Positions 1 to 12,039 of a stretch of DNA of 64,000 bases are shown here, in pieces (the stretch's first letter is position 1; the number at the start of each line of letters is the position of its first letter). The position numbers and the translations under genes are program-made. The DNA comes from Lama guanicoe (lineage: Eukaryota). The notes beneath the pieces were generated by a model, which saw nothing but the letters and a program-made list of their open reading frames with translations, did no database searches and was not told the origin of the DNA. The stretch covers positions 2,134,943 through 2,198,942 of the forward strand of contig MU053216.1 in the NCBI GenBank assembly GCA_013239625.1. Direction: 5' to 3'.

Positions 1-640
1 CTCTCTCGGACCAGCTGCCCGCGGGCCGCGGGACAGGCCGAGGGGGTGCCCTCCCCGAGCGCTGCTCCCCCTGGTTCCCGGGGGACTTCCTCGCGCACAG
101 GTTGCTGCAGCCGAGTGAACGCCCTCGCACGTACTGTCCCCTGGGAGCAGCTGTGCGGGTCCGCGACGGCCCCCACCTGGCGCCCTGTCCCCACGCCGTG
201 CCTCGTGGCAGGTGGCCCCCGGCGGGGCCCGTGCACCTCGGGGCTCCCTGTTCAGCCCACGCCCTGCTGCTCAGCTTCGCCAGACGTGACTGCAGGGTGT
301 TGCCCAGCCGGGTCCCCCGGCCCCGCGCGGGGAGGCGCCCCGTCCACGTCCGCGCCCAGCCTCGCTCGCCGCGGGGACAGCCGGCCCTGCGGGCCCTCCG
401 ACGCCGTCGGCGCGGGCGTCCTGCCCGGGTGTCGTCCCGCGGGCCGGCGGGGCCCTCGCCGACTCTCCTCCAGCGGCGTTTCTGGGCCACCTGCTCGTTT
501 TGTCGTTTCAGGGTGGCTTCCGAGGGAGGAAGGGAGCGCGGTGTCTCTCTCCTGCTGCCTTAAGGACGGGAGCGGCTGGTGTGCGGGGGGGCCGCGCGCC
601 GCTTCGGGTGGGCTGGGCGGCTGCGCTGCTGAAATTCTCA
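1..640. promoter_or_regulatory. CpG island, truncated by the window start; probably the flank of a promoter
   Basis: Very high GC with dense CpG (e.g. CCGCGCGG, GCCGTCGGCGCGGGCG), then an abrupt switch to AT-rich sequence after ~640. The overlapping ORFs are Pro/Arg/Gly/Ala-rich, as expected from GC content alone. Confidence 0.85.
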
Positions 641-884
641 TCTCATTTAACTTATTGAAACTTCCATTGAACCAGCCAGCCTCTATTTAGGTTCCCCTAA
701 AGGAATGTGCTTTAAAAATTTTTTTTTGAAATTACAACTTTATTTGAAAGTATATAATAGCAACTCCCTTAAAATGTCCTTTTGTGTAATAAAAATCATC
801 CAACAAAGTCCAAAAAATTTTTTTTAAAAACCAAACAAAAGGAACATTTCATATTTCTCTAAAGATAAAATAACAGATTCTTAT

Positions 885-1200
885 TACTTACATAAAATAT
901 GCATGATGTAAAATTTACCACTCTAACCATTTTTCAGTGAACAGTTCAGCGTCAGTGAGCACATTCACGGGGCTGTGTGAGCATCACCGCTGTTTTCAGA
1001 ACTTTTCATCGTCCCAAACAGTGGCTGTGCCCATTAATCAGTAGCTCCCCATTTCCCTCTCCCTCAGCCCCTGGTAGCACCTCTGAAACTTCCCGTCTCT
1101 GTGAATCTGCCTGTTGCAGGGACCTCCCGTTTGTCCTTTGTGTCTGGTTTATGTCACTAAGGAATGTGCTTTCAGAAGGCATTTATCTTCGCGTGTTTTA
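885..1200 (-). mobile_element. Old L1 (L1MB-like) 3' end fragment
   Basis: AAATTTACCACTCTAACCATTTTTCAGTGAACAGTTCAG...CATTCAC...CCCTCAGCCCCTGGTAGC...TCTCTGTGAATCTGCCTG resembles the reverse-strand L1MB 3' UTR. Confidence 0.7.
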
Positions 1201-1931
1201 TTTTTGTCTTCCGCCTGCCACCTCCCTTTCCTGCGACAGAGAACACAGTTGGGGAAGTGCTTGAAGGAAAGAGGGAAAATGCCGGAAAGGAAGAAGGGGC
1301 TCATCTCTCAGCAGTCCTACCCTTCATTAACTGGAGTCCCACTTTCCCCCGTAGCTGGAGCCGGAGGCCCAGGCCTCACTGGAGACCTCCCACAGCTGGA
1401 GCGATGCCCAGCTCCTTGTGGCCTCAGCTGCCACTTTCAGAACCTAAGGCAAATGCTGGCGCAGCATTTCGTAGGATTTCTAATCAGCTGTGAAGAAAAA
1501 AGTTTCTGTGGGATGCTAAGGGGAGACAGGACGCGAGGTGGAGTGCGCTCCTGCTCCTAGGGAGTGGTGGCCACGAAGCCTCTGTGCTCCGGCCTCTGCT
1601 ACATCCCTGGGGGCTTCTTGCAACTCTCCCTGGGTCCCTTGTGGTCCGGCCTTCTCTGTGATGCCAAGGGTGTGCCGTGTCCTTGCTCCGCTCCCTGCAG
1701 GACTTTTGCACGTTTTGTCCCCACGTCTAGAGGGGGACCACCCTTGGCCATCTTTTACTTTTCACTTCTACCCATTCTTCAGATTGTGAGTATTCTTCCC
1801 CAGAAAGCCTGCAGCAGTCGTGCCTTGATAAATAATGTGGGTTAGGCAGCTGCCTCAGGAAGCCCACCATGTTTTAGAAGCAGAGCCACAGCTGGGAGCA
1901 CATCTGGATCTCCCCCAGGAACTCAGGACAC

Positions 1932-2372
1932 TGTTACCAAGTCCACGCTCACGCTCCTTGTGGCATGACAGGCCAGTAAGTCAGGAGATGAGTTCTTTGG
2001 GGCAAGGAATAATGACTTTACTCAGAAAGCCAGCAGACTGAGAAGATGGTGGACTCGTGTCCCAAAGAACCATCTCCCTGAGTTAGAATTCAGGCTGCTT
2101 TTATCCTGAAAGGGGAGAGAGTAAAGTCAAACATTTCCTGGTTCTGGTCAGCCTCCGCAGGGGATGTGTTAATCTCTTCCTTCCTGCAGTCATTCACAGG
2201 GGGGCCTGGTCAGGATGTTTCCTGTGAGCTAAATGAAGGTATTTTAGCTTAATATCATTACCTGGGGGACAGGATTCCCAGAGAGGGGCCCTTTTATGTA
2301 GTTTAAACTTACAGGCAGCATCCCTTTGGTGATTAACTTGTAATAGAATACAAAGGTTCTTCCCTGTTACCA
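1932..2372 (-). mobile_element. ERV1-type solo LTR (~440 bp)
   Basis: Starts TGTTACC and ends GTTACCA. The interior (GGGCAAGGAATAATGACTTTACTCAGAAAGCCAGCAGACTGAGAAGATGGTGGACT) resembles cetartiodactyl ERV1 LTRs. No clean TSD. Confidence 0.7.
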
Positions 2373-4601
2373 TGTTCCTGGGATGTGGTGTTCCCATCCT
2401 CCCACTCTGAGATGCATGGCGGTTTGGTGTTTTTCATTTTGGAGGGTGCTTGAAGGAACAGATTCTGGCTTCAGTGGGGCCATCCAGAAGCAAAGGATAA
2501 AACTGTAAATTGTTACCCTGCTTTAAACGTATCATGCAAACCCTCCTTCCACGTGTCAGTGAGACACTCAGCTCTCCAGGTGGTTTGCAGCTGTGCCAGA
2601 CCCTTCAGTCATAATTAAACAAAATAAATGAATCCTCCCTTCATGGAGTTCACAAGGCTGGGATGCTCTTTGTAGACTTAGGTTTAGATTTAGTATTTTC
2701 TGGAAATGAAGGGTGTAATAATAAATAACATTTCCTAGAAATGCAGGTGCAGTAATAAAATGTGCCGTTTTATCGAAGGGGAGCAGATGATGCCTTTACC
2801 TGGTGAGGAGGGTCCCTGCTGGTTTGCTGACCTGCGAGGTGCATTCGTTGTTCTCTGCTGGCGTCGCCCTTCGCTGCTCGCGGAGCCGGGGCTCGAGAGC
2901 GGATGAAAAGGAAGAAGGGCAGTGAAGGAAAGAGAAAGTGAGAGTCTGATTGGGTTAGGGCAGAGTGAAGGGAGTCCCAGGAACAGTGTGCTCAGTGCAA
3001 GAGAGCTTATAAAAGCAATTTCCCCCTTTCAGAAACGCCTCTGGTCCTGCCGAGTCAGGCCATCACTGGGTTAATATCTGAGCCATTGTGTTCTGTTGTC
3101 GGGGAGGCTCCCAGAATTATTCCCCAGCAGACGTAACTTACGGACCAAATAACCTGGCTCCTTTGAGTTTCCCAGTCCACCTGGAGTGAGCCGTTCACTA
3201 GCAGTTACCAGCGCGGAAGGCCGCTGACTGATTCTTCCTACCTGGACGTGGCTCAGGCGCGACCACGAGGAGGTGGCTGGGACACCAGGCTGGTTCCCAA
3301 GGATGAGCGTCCAAGTCGGTTTTATTTAATTTGTTTTATACTCAGTGTAACTTTAAATCTATACATAAACTAAAATTTCTGAAACTTTGGTTATGCAATA
3401 ATTTATGTTAACTTATCAGGGACAGATCCACAAAAAGAGCCACAAGGCCAGTGACATTGAGCCATGATGCTGGAACTTTCGACACCTTCATGCCAGTGGG
3501 GACACAGGGGGACCAGGCTGAGCAGGGGTCCCCGTGGGGACTGGGTCTGAGGTTTCTCCGAGATGACTCATATAATTTGGTCACGTACTTGTTCCAAAGT
3601 AGCCTGAAAAAAGGGAAATTCAGATGAAGTCATTATGCCGCTTAGCAGCCTTTGGAGAGTCTAGGCCTGAGGCTAAGAAGAGAAAAATGGACCTTATTTC
3701 TGTTTAACCAACAAATGAATTAATTCGCTCCTTGAAAAGCTTTAAAATTGTTGTGTTTAAGTGGCCGTGCTCAGCTCGAGCTGGCGAGGCCATCTTGTGA
3801 GCAAGCCATGGTCAGCATCCACTGCGAGTGCAGGTCCGGGGCCTCCTGCGTGGGGCTCCTTCTGGTTTTTTCCCTTCACCCGCTGAACACTTGCTGCCAT
3901 GCTTTCTTCCGGAAAAGACACATTTTCTATAACTAAATGTGGTGGTTTAGTTTTCATTTTTCGGCTGATCAGTGGCGCCTCCTGCTCTGACAGCTTTGGC
4001 AGAAGGGAGGTGGAAGAGGAGAGACCTGGCAGAGATGAGATCAGGGAGCCGGCTGAGAAGTCAGGGACCCAGGCAGGGGCCTCCGGAGCCGCGTCTCACC
4101 CAGAAATGTGAACTTAGTCACTCGTTGTCACGGTACAATGTCATCAGTGTGTCAGTAAGATAGCATTACTCACAATAGAGGATTTTTTTTTTGATTGTGC
4201 ATTTTGCTACAGGAGCGGACAATAATACTTTAAGTAATAAACCTTCAGCTGTGAATATTTTGTCTTTATTTTGAACCAAATTTACATTAAGTCTAACACA
4301 TATTTAACAGAATTTATGAACACCACTGTAACACCTCATACATCAGCATAGACTGAAGGCTACATACATCCTACCATCAAATCCTAGAGGCTGGCTTCAG
4401 ATGAGCCTAACTTTCTCTTAGGCCCAGAGAAGATGAACTCTTGCCTGAGAACACACAGCTAGTAAAGAGTCATCCTTTTTAACCTGCTGAGTTTGGAAAT
4501 AAATGCTTTTAATTAGAATATAAGATTTTCCTCCTTTGGATAGGAAATTAAGTGAGATTACTTCTATAATTCTTTCAAAATCTAATAAGAAAATCATAAA
4601 C

Positions 4602-5328
4602 TTTTTTATTTTTATTTTTTAAATTGAAATGTAGTTAATTTACAATGTTGAGTTGGTATCAGGTGGACAGCAAGGTGATTCAGTTATACATACATATACA
4701 TATATATTCTTTTTCAGATTCTTTTCCATTATAGATTATTGCAAGATATTGAATACAGCTTCCTGTGCTACACAGTAGGTCCTTGTTGTTTATTTTATAT
4801 ATAGTGATGTGTATCTGTAAACCCCAAATTCCTAATTTATCCCTACCCCCACCCTTTCCCCTTTGGTAACCATAGTATGTTTTCTACGTCTGTGAGTCTA
4901 TTTCTGGTTTGTAAATAAGTTCATTTTTTTTTTTTAGATTCCACATTTAAGTGATCTCATATGATACTTGTCCTTCTCTGTCTGACTTACTTCACTTNNN
5001 NNNNNNNNNNNNNNNNNNNNNNNNNNNNNNNNNNNNNNNNNNNNNNNNNNNNNNNNNNNNNNNNNNNNNNNNNNNNNNNNNNNNNNNNNNNNNNNNNNNN
5101 NNNNNNNNNNNNNNNNNNNNNNNNNNNNNNNNNNNNNNNNNNNNNNNNNNNNNNNNNNNNNNNNNNNNNNNNNNNNCACTGGGGTGCATCTGTCTTTTCA
5201 AATTAGAGTTTTCTCCAGATACATGCCCAGAAGTGGAATTGCTGGATCATATGGTAACTCTGTTTTTAGTTTTATTAAGGAAACTCCGTATTGTTTTCCA
5301 TAGTGGCTGCACTAATTTACATTCCCAC
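4602..5328 (-). mobile_element. 5'-truncated artiodactyl/camelid L1 3' end, containing an N gap
   Basis: Poly-T tail, then TTGAAATGTAGTTAATTTACAATGTT...TTAGATTCCACAT...CATAGTGGCTGCACTAATTTACATTCCCAC. Approximate TSD: AAAATCATAAA (4590) / AAAATCATGAA (5329). Confidence 0.9.
4998..5176. other. Assembly gap (N run) inside an L1
   Basis: Run of N. Confidence 1.
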
Positions 5329-6104
5329 AAAATCATGAAAATTTTTCAAAGGTTTCATTGTGTAACTTTATTTTTATAATCAACAAAGTTCTTCCAAATA
5401 ACTTGTTTCATCCTCACTTCTACAAATTACTATCACTCAGGGATATCCAAATGTATTTTTTTTCAGTGAAACTTTTGTATTACTCTTTTATAACAGGGGT
5501 TACTTTGACATCAACCACTTTAAAAAAATAATTTAAGGTGTGAGTTCTTTTTTTCCATCCAGCATTAAAGGGGTGGATTCTTTCTGTCATCTTACACGTC
5601 CTGTCCTGAGAACGTCTGCTTCAGAGCAGCTCTCATGAGCCCCCGTTCTTCCCTCCCACCTGATCTGCAGATTTTCTGGGTGCCGGGGCGTGTGGAGCTG
5701 AGGGAGAGCGGTGTGATAAGATGTGAAGACGAGGGTGAGACATCACAACGTGAAGACTCTGCTGTTGGGAGAGAAGAAAGAGCCCAGCCAGCGGTGGACT
5801 GAGAGGAGGGTGAGTTGACAGGAAAGGGGAGCTGGAGTCTGAGGGGCGGGGAGGAGCTGGGGCTCTTCCAGGAAGGGGTTTAGGGACAGAAACGTGATGA
5901 TTCAACATCTCTGGCTCCTCTAAAGAAGCGAAGTGTGTAACCTCTGCTTTCTGGAGTCAGGAAAGAATGCGTTGCATCTCAGCATTTTTAGTCCCTGCCT
6001 CCCCCTCCCCTCCCCTCCCCCCGTCCTTTTAAAAGAAAAGGAAGCTTCCTATTCCACAGAATTAAAAGTCTTAACACGCTTGGGAGAGTTCACACCTTGG
6101 TACA

Positions 6105-6123
6105 ATGGGATACAGGCAGGAAG
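6105..6123 (+). CDS. Candidate coding end of an alternative first exon (MGYRQE, phase 1)
   Basis: ACAATGG is a strong Kozak context, followed by the consensus donor AAG|GTAAGT at 6124. A C-rich tract and TTTTAAAA lie ~80-100 bp upstream. No homology recognised. Confidence 0.3.
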
Positions 6124-7211
6124 GTAAGTACAGGTGTCAGATCCTATTTGGCTTTGATGGGGGCAGGCTCTCTGGGAACAGAAAAGAAAATGTACAGATC
6201 TCCTGGCGGGGGAGGGGGACAGGGCAGAAGAGCTACGACAGTCAGTAAAGGCAGATTCCCTGGTTTTTGTCATTTGCTTGCAGCCGTCCTAGTTATTCAC
6301 ACCTGCGCAGACTGGCAAAGCCGTGTGCAAAGGTTTCAGCTCGTGCCCTTCCTGCACACGCACACCTGCGTGAGGAGCGTGGACCACGTCGTCACCAGCA
6401 CACCCGGCATGCTGCCGTCTTCCTAAATGCACCTTTGCGTTCTTTACTTTCCTTCTGCAAAACGTAATCTTCCCCAGCTCTGCTCAACGCATTTAAATCA
6501 CAGTGCGACAGAGGGTCGAACAGGTAATTTATGTTTGCTGAGGTTGCGCTCGGAAGACTCGTCTTTGTCTGAGATTGACCGTTAGATAGCCCATTGTCAG
6601 GACAGAAATTTGCGGCATCGGTTGGGTCCAAACAGCACAATGAGGACCCACAGTTTAAGAGGCCGTATTTCTTCATCTTGTTAACAGATAGCCTCTTGTT
6701 CTTTATAAGACGTGACATTACCCAAGAGTTCCTGGCCAGCGTTAGGATCAGACAGTGGGTTATAACATTTGGACCTGATGAAGTGAGACCAACACCTGCA
6801 CCTTCCAAGCCAGTCGGGGGTCGGTGTGGGGGTGGTGGGGAGGCACAGTTGTTCCTTTCAGACCACCACTTACTTATCTCCCCAAGGGAAAAAATTACAC
6901 GTAAAAACTTTTTCTGCTGTGAATGGTGTACAGACGTTCTAGCGGTTTGATTGCTGGCTTATAGGATAGAGTTGACAGAATGGCATGAGGTTCAGGGAGT
7001 CTGACTGTGTTGCCTGAGGTCGAGGGGCGACGAACACCCTGGTTCTTAGTGTGAATTTCCTACCCAGAAATGGCAGGGCTGGCACTCCACCTGCTTGTGT
7101 GTTTCTGCTGTAACACTCCCCACTTGAGTTCTGCTGAAGAATGACATTTTGACATTCCTCAGGAAATTTCACATCCCTCTGTGTGTGTGTTTTAAATTTG
7201 TAATTGCTTAG

Positions 7212-7450
7212 AATGTGTACACATTAGAGGGGGCGGGGCCCCCATTTCCCGAAAGCAGCACATCCCTGGCAGCCAGTCAGAGCAGCAAGGCTGCTGTGGT
7301 ACCACAGTCACGTCCCACTTCAGACAGCTTCCTCTTCGCCGTCACAGAACTGGAAACGAATTCAGCTCGAGTGCTTCAGCCACAGTGGCCGGGAAGTGGT
7401 AAATTAAGGGAAACACCATGATGGTAATGAGTTTATTCCGCTGTGGTTAG
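7212..7450. promoter_or_regulatory. Candidate enhancer: GC box, RUNX and ETS motif cluster
   Basis: GGGGCGGGGC (~7230), RUNX palindrome CTGTGGTACCACAG (7294-7307), CGGGAAGTG (7390) and TGTGGTT (7442). Confidence 0.45.
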
Positions 7451-7547
7451 CCTCGCCCAGGTGAATGGCTCTGGGGAGCGCTAACGTATGGAGTGCCTAA
7501 TGTCACGGCTTAAAATGCCTGAGACTTTGTGACTTCATTTAAAAATT

Positions 7548-7800
7548 TAAAATTTTTATTTTGAAACAATTTTAGCCTTACAAGAATGTTGCAGAAATGA
7601 AACAGTTCCCGCACGCCCTTCCCGCAGCTTCTCCCACGGGGGCCTCCCTACCGGAGCCTGAAAACGCTGAGGAGCGCTGGGGAGTCCCCGCGGACTCCGT
7701 GCCCCGCGGTCATCTGGGGGTCGTAGTTAAATCTGCTGGTTGTGTCCTTTTTCAGGCCCAGGAGCCAGTCCAGGGTCACACTTTACGTTTAGTGGCTGGA
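7548..7800 (-). mobile_element. L1MC-like 3' end fragment, GC-enriched
   Basis: TTTTTATTTTGAAACAATTTTAGCCTTACAAGAATGTTGCAGAAAT...CAGGAGCCAGTCCAGGGTCACACTTTACGTTTAGT resembles the L1MC4/5 3' end. Confidence 0.6.
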
Positions 7801-8611
7801 TAGTGAATTTAGAGATTGCTGTACCGCCTACATACTTAATTTTAACCTTATCCTTTTAAGCAGGTAGGAACCTTGAGTGTCACGATGTCATAATTACAAG
7901 ACCAGCTTGGTAAAAACACTCAAGCCTGTTGACTGAATTCATGTAACTGCCCTGATGTGCTTATTCGCGGTAGAACGGAAAGCCAGACGTCAGCGTTTCC
8001 CCAGGCACGTTTACTTCTCACCCACTTTAAATGGGAAGTGTTATTCTCATGTGAGGAGTGCCTTGCCAGGCCAGCACTTCCCATGGTCAACAGGGTCAGA
8101 AGTCAAGTGAGAACAGCCTCCTATTTTTAAATCATGACTTTGAAGACCAGTCTGGTGGTGGTACTGGCATTTGAGGTGGAATGGATGGAGGGATGGAAAC
8201 TACAATAGTGATTCAGGACAAAAGGGTATCTTAGACGGGAAGAAAATGACTAACGAAAAGAGGACAAATCCAAGAAAAATCACTGCCATTAGGTGGCTGA
8301 TGGAATAACGGAAATGAAGGAAAAAAGAAGGGTAAAGAATATTACAGGTTTTTTACTCCATGGTTAAAATGCCTTTTTAAGGGTTTAACAAAGCTAATCA
8401 CTTCCGGTGTGATGAATGTGATGAATCAAATTTCTCAAGTAATCTCTCTGCATATTTTATTTTCCAAGTAACACCTGGGTGCATACGTTAACTCAAAGAA
8501 GGAAGGCAGTGGGAGGGCAGGAAGAGGGCAGAAATGTTAGCAGACACAGACTCGGCTTTCTGGGCAGCGGTGTAGCTGTCTTCTAAATGGCACGTGTCTT
8601 CAGAGCATCCG

Positions 8612-9062
8612 TGTTACCGAATGCAAGTTCGTGTGTCGAAGCCCAGTGAGGCCAAAAAATACAGAAATGTCAGTTTGGAGCAGAGAAAGGTTTATTGCTG
8701 GGCCAGGCAAGAATAAGTGGCTCATGCCCCCAAAATCTCCAAACTCCCTGAAAGGCTTCAGCTGAGCATTTTAAAAGGCCAGCTGAGGGAGGGACGTCCC
8801 AGGGTCTGCAATCAGTTGTGCACAATTCTCTGATTGGTTGATGGTGATCAATCCTTAGGCGCCGGAAGTTCTGGGGGGGGGGCACATGCTCATGATTATC
8901 AAGTAGTTAATTTCTTCCATTTGGTGGTGGGTTTAGCATCTGAAAAACTCAGGAAACGTGCGTGAGATAACTATTCTCTGGGTCCTTCAGACAGAAGCTG
9001 CAGCAGAGGGTATGGGGGAGGGGTCTGGCCCCCAGAAGGCCCCCAGGTTTCTGCTCATCCCA
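8612..9062 (-). mobile_element. ERV1-type solo LTR (~450 bp)
   Basis: TG...CA termini (TGTTACCGAA...CTGCTCATCCCA), a minus-strand AATAAA (TTTATT at ~8691) and a minus-strand CCAAT (CTGATTGGTT at ~8830). The motif GAGCAGAGAAAGGTTTATTG is typical of cetartiodactyl LTRs. Confidence 0.8.
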
Positions 9063-9539
9063 CTTGCTGGACGCCAGAGCTGCTGGGAGTGGGTGCCCCG
9101 CCTCCCGCCTCCCCGCCCGGGAGCCTCCGTCCCTCCACGGAGCTGGTGCAGGTTCTGATTCTGGCACTCTGTCGCTGGCTGCCTTTGTTCCCACAGCAGA
9201 GGGGACACCCACCACTGCTACCCATACACTGCGTTCACTGCAGCCACTCCTGTGGTCCCTGCTGCTTGCCAGTCCCAGAAGGTTTGTGAAAAATGACCGA
9301 AAAAAAAAAAGTTCTGGGAGTCGGTGTGGTGATGTGGCTATGGGAGAGTCACCTAGTGGCTCTGGGTTTTCTGAAAAACGAGGGGTTGGAGGAGGTGAAT
9401 CTCCAGATCTCTCCTGGTTTTCTAATTCTACAGTTCTTCCCCTGTTTCTTCTTGCCTCTTCTGCGTTTTGTCCAAGGGCTCACTTGCTTTGCGTTCCCCT
9501 GGGAAGGTGTCTTCCTGATAGACCCTGCGTGTTGGGGAA

Positions 9540-9700
9540 GCTCCTCCTCCTTCCCCAGAGCAAGCTGGCCAATCAGCGTAGCGCCTCCTCCCCCCAGAGA
9601 GAGCCGGCCAATCAGTGTAGCTCCTCCTCCTTCCTCATAGTGAGCTGACCAATCAGCGTAGCTCTTTCTTCCCCCCCAGAGAGAGCCGGCCAATCAGCGT
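9540..9700 (+). repeat. Tandem repeat of four ~40-bp units, each with a CCAAT box, organised as a duplicated ~80-bp dimer
   Basis: CCAATCAG begins at 9569, 9608, 9649 and 9690 (spacing 39, 41, 41). Approximate unit: GCTCCTCCTCC(T/C)(T/C)CCCCAGAG..AGC(T/C)GGCCAATCAGCGTA. Confidence 0.95.
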
Positions 9701-11189
9701 GTCGGGGGAAGACCCCCCCCCCCCTGCTCGGTGCTCCCTGCTGACATCAGCTTTGCTTTTCACGTATCTGCCTATTGGAAGGTGTGTAGGGTTTGATTAA
9801 TCACAAAAGAGCTTCTTTTCAGAGGGAAGGATTTTTCTGAAGTTTTTGTGGTGCTTAGGGGTTTTATAAGTTGCATCTCTAGAAATAATTGTCTTTACTA
9901 TCATGACAACACCACAAAATACTTTTCAAAGCTTTTTTTTTTCTCATGCAAAAAAACTGTAATTGTATTCCATATTACAAAAGGGAAAGTTATCTGTAGG
10001 AAGAAGAAAGGAGGGATGCACGTGGTAAATTTCGTATACGATTACCAGGTAGTGTTCTGCATTCTTGTCAAACTTTCACGGAGGAATTTTAAAGCTATTA
10101 GTGTGATCCTTTCACCCCGAAAGTGCTTAACTTGGCCCACAAACTGGACTTAATTGAATTTTTAGATGTCTATAAAATTTACAAAGTGACCATCTATAGC
10201 ATTTTCAGGTATGATCTTACTTACGGTTTATGATCTATTTTTTTTTCCATCACGTGAGCACAATTTAAATTTTTAAGACTAGCTTGCTAAATGCATCCAA
10301 AGAGAAAAGCCTTGATTAATAAAAGCCAGAGAGTTTGTCTTCTGTGGTCAGCACATAGGACTTGACAAAAGGATCTGAACTGTCAAGGATCATTTAAAAC
10401 CAATGAATTAAAAATCAGGCAGCCAGGGAGAAGCCGCCCAGAGGTGATAAGGCTCTCTGTATTTGTCTTAACAAAGGAGGTGTTAAACCAGAGCGATTTC
10501 CCCCTTCGTTCTTTCCCCCCACCAGGGAGAACCGTGAAACTCAATTTTACCCTTGGTTGAGAAGGTGCTAATTTGTCTGACAAGTGGTTGGAATTTGAGG
10601 ATGCTCAAGGTATCCTTGATGTCTCAAACCTTCACGCTGAGTGAAGCATGCTTTAAATGTGTCAATGTTTGCGAGGCTCTCTAAGTCTCATTAGGTAAGA
10701 ACAATATAAACCGCGTGAATGCAAATAGGATTGCAGGAACTGGTCCCCTCTCCAAGGGAAAACCTTCAGCATGTTCCAACCAAGGCAATTTTTGAGTCAT
10801 TCTCATTCGACTAAATATTTTATCAGAAATTAACTTTATTCTTTTATATCCTAGGAGACTTGAACAAACTTTTCTCCATTTGCTTCCTATTTCTTGAGGA
10901 GGTGGGATCTTCAAATCCTTCCCTTCATTGATTGCAGTATCAGTGAGTATTTATCAAGAAGGCTCCTAAGAGGGAGATTCATGTACATATGAAAACTTTA
11001 ATTCCTTTTCTTTTTAATTGTGTATTTATTGATTTTTCCCCTATGCTTTCTAAAGCCAAGAATTAGCTGTGTGAATGACCTTTGCATGTTAACTAAATCC
11101 TAGTTGGTAATGATTAGAAGAAAGTCCTGCTGGAGAAAAAAAGACTTTTTTTTTTAAGCACACAACTCACCCAAAGTTGCATGGTTGAT

Positions 11190-11410
11190 TCTGATAGCTA
11201 ACACTTAACTCTCACAATGGGCAAGGCATTTTTTTAAGTGCTTTTACTCATTTTAACTCAGGTAATCCTCACAATAACCCTGTGAGGTAAGAATTATTAT
11301 TTCAACTTTACAGAATCAGAAAAGTGATGACAAAAATAGGGCAGCTAAAAAGTAATAGAGCCGAATTCGACCTTGGGCTGTCTGGCTTCAGGGTCCAGCC
11401 CCTGCCTCCT
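11190..11410 (+). mobile_element. MIR SINE
   Basis: TAATCCTCACAATAACCCTGTGAGGTAAGAATTATTATT...TTTACAGA...CTGTCTGGCTTC matches the MIR core. Confidence 0.8.
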
Positions 11411-11684
11411 GTGCTGTGTTGCTGTTCCTCATCCGTGGCCCTCACGTGGGGGGAGAAAGTACGTCGGGTAGGACTGCCGTCCTGTGCTGCAGGGAAGATG
11501 CCACTGCCGTCGAGAAAACCTCCCGTGGGATCTGCATGTAGCTGACTTTTCTAAAAGACAAAACTGTAAGGCAAATTTTAATATTTGAAGTAACATTTAC
11601 CATTTGCTTGTGATATTTTTGACCAGCATTATGTATTATAGGAAGACTGAGCTCTTGAAACATTCCAAGACAATAAGAACCATG

Positions 11685-11830
11685 ACTCATTGAGTGCCTA
11701 CCATGTGTGGGACATTTTACACTCATTTCACTTCATCTGCATAGTAACTGACGCGTGCGTATTGTTATTCACACTTTGCGTGGAGGAATTTGAGGTTCAG
11801 GGAGGTTAAGTATTGTGCCCAAGGCTCCAC
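11685..11830 (+). mobile_element. MIR SINE
   Basis: CATTGAGTGCCTACCATGTG...TGAGGTTCAGGGAGGTTAAGTATTGTGCCCAAGG. Confidence 0.7.
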
Positions 11831-12039
11831 GTTCCATGAAATGCTGGTTGTTTCCCAGTATTCACTCTTTTCAACTTCATCAGCAACAAACTCTCCTGAT
11901 TACTAACTGGCTGTAAGAATACCTGGAATAAAGACTACTTTTAAAGCATTCCTTGCAATTAGGCATTATCTTGGGATTAAGTTCTGGCTAAGTTCAGATA
12001 TTAGCAAATATGTGTAACTTCACAGAAGTGTTCTTAAAA

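Noticed and set aside
46-690. 214-aa and overlapping ORFs in the first island; likewise the ORFs at 27113-28192, 40133-40626 and 61580-62374
   Set aside because: They are open in several frames on both strands, are Pro/Arg/Gly/Ala-rich and show no recognisable domain. This is expected from stop-codon scarcity in GC-rich DNA.
4934-5379. ORFs containing X runs (also 42779-43262 and 54699-55286)
   Set aside because: They span N gaps; the readable parts are L1 remnants or unremarkable.
9540-9700. CRISPR-like periodicity
   Set aside because: The intervening segments are related to each other rather than unique spacers, the context is mammalian and there are no cas genes.
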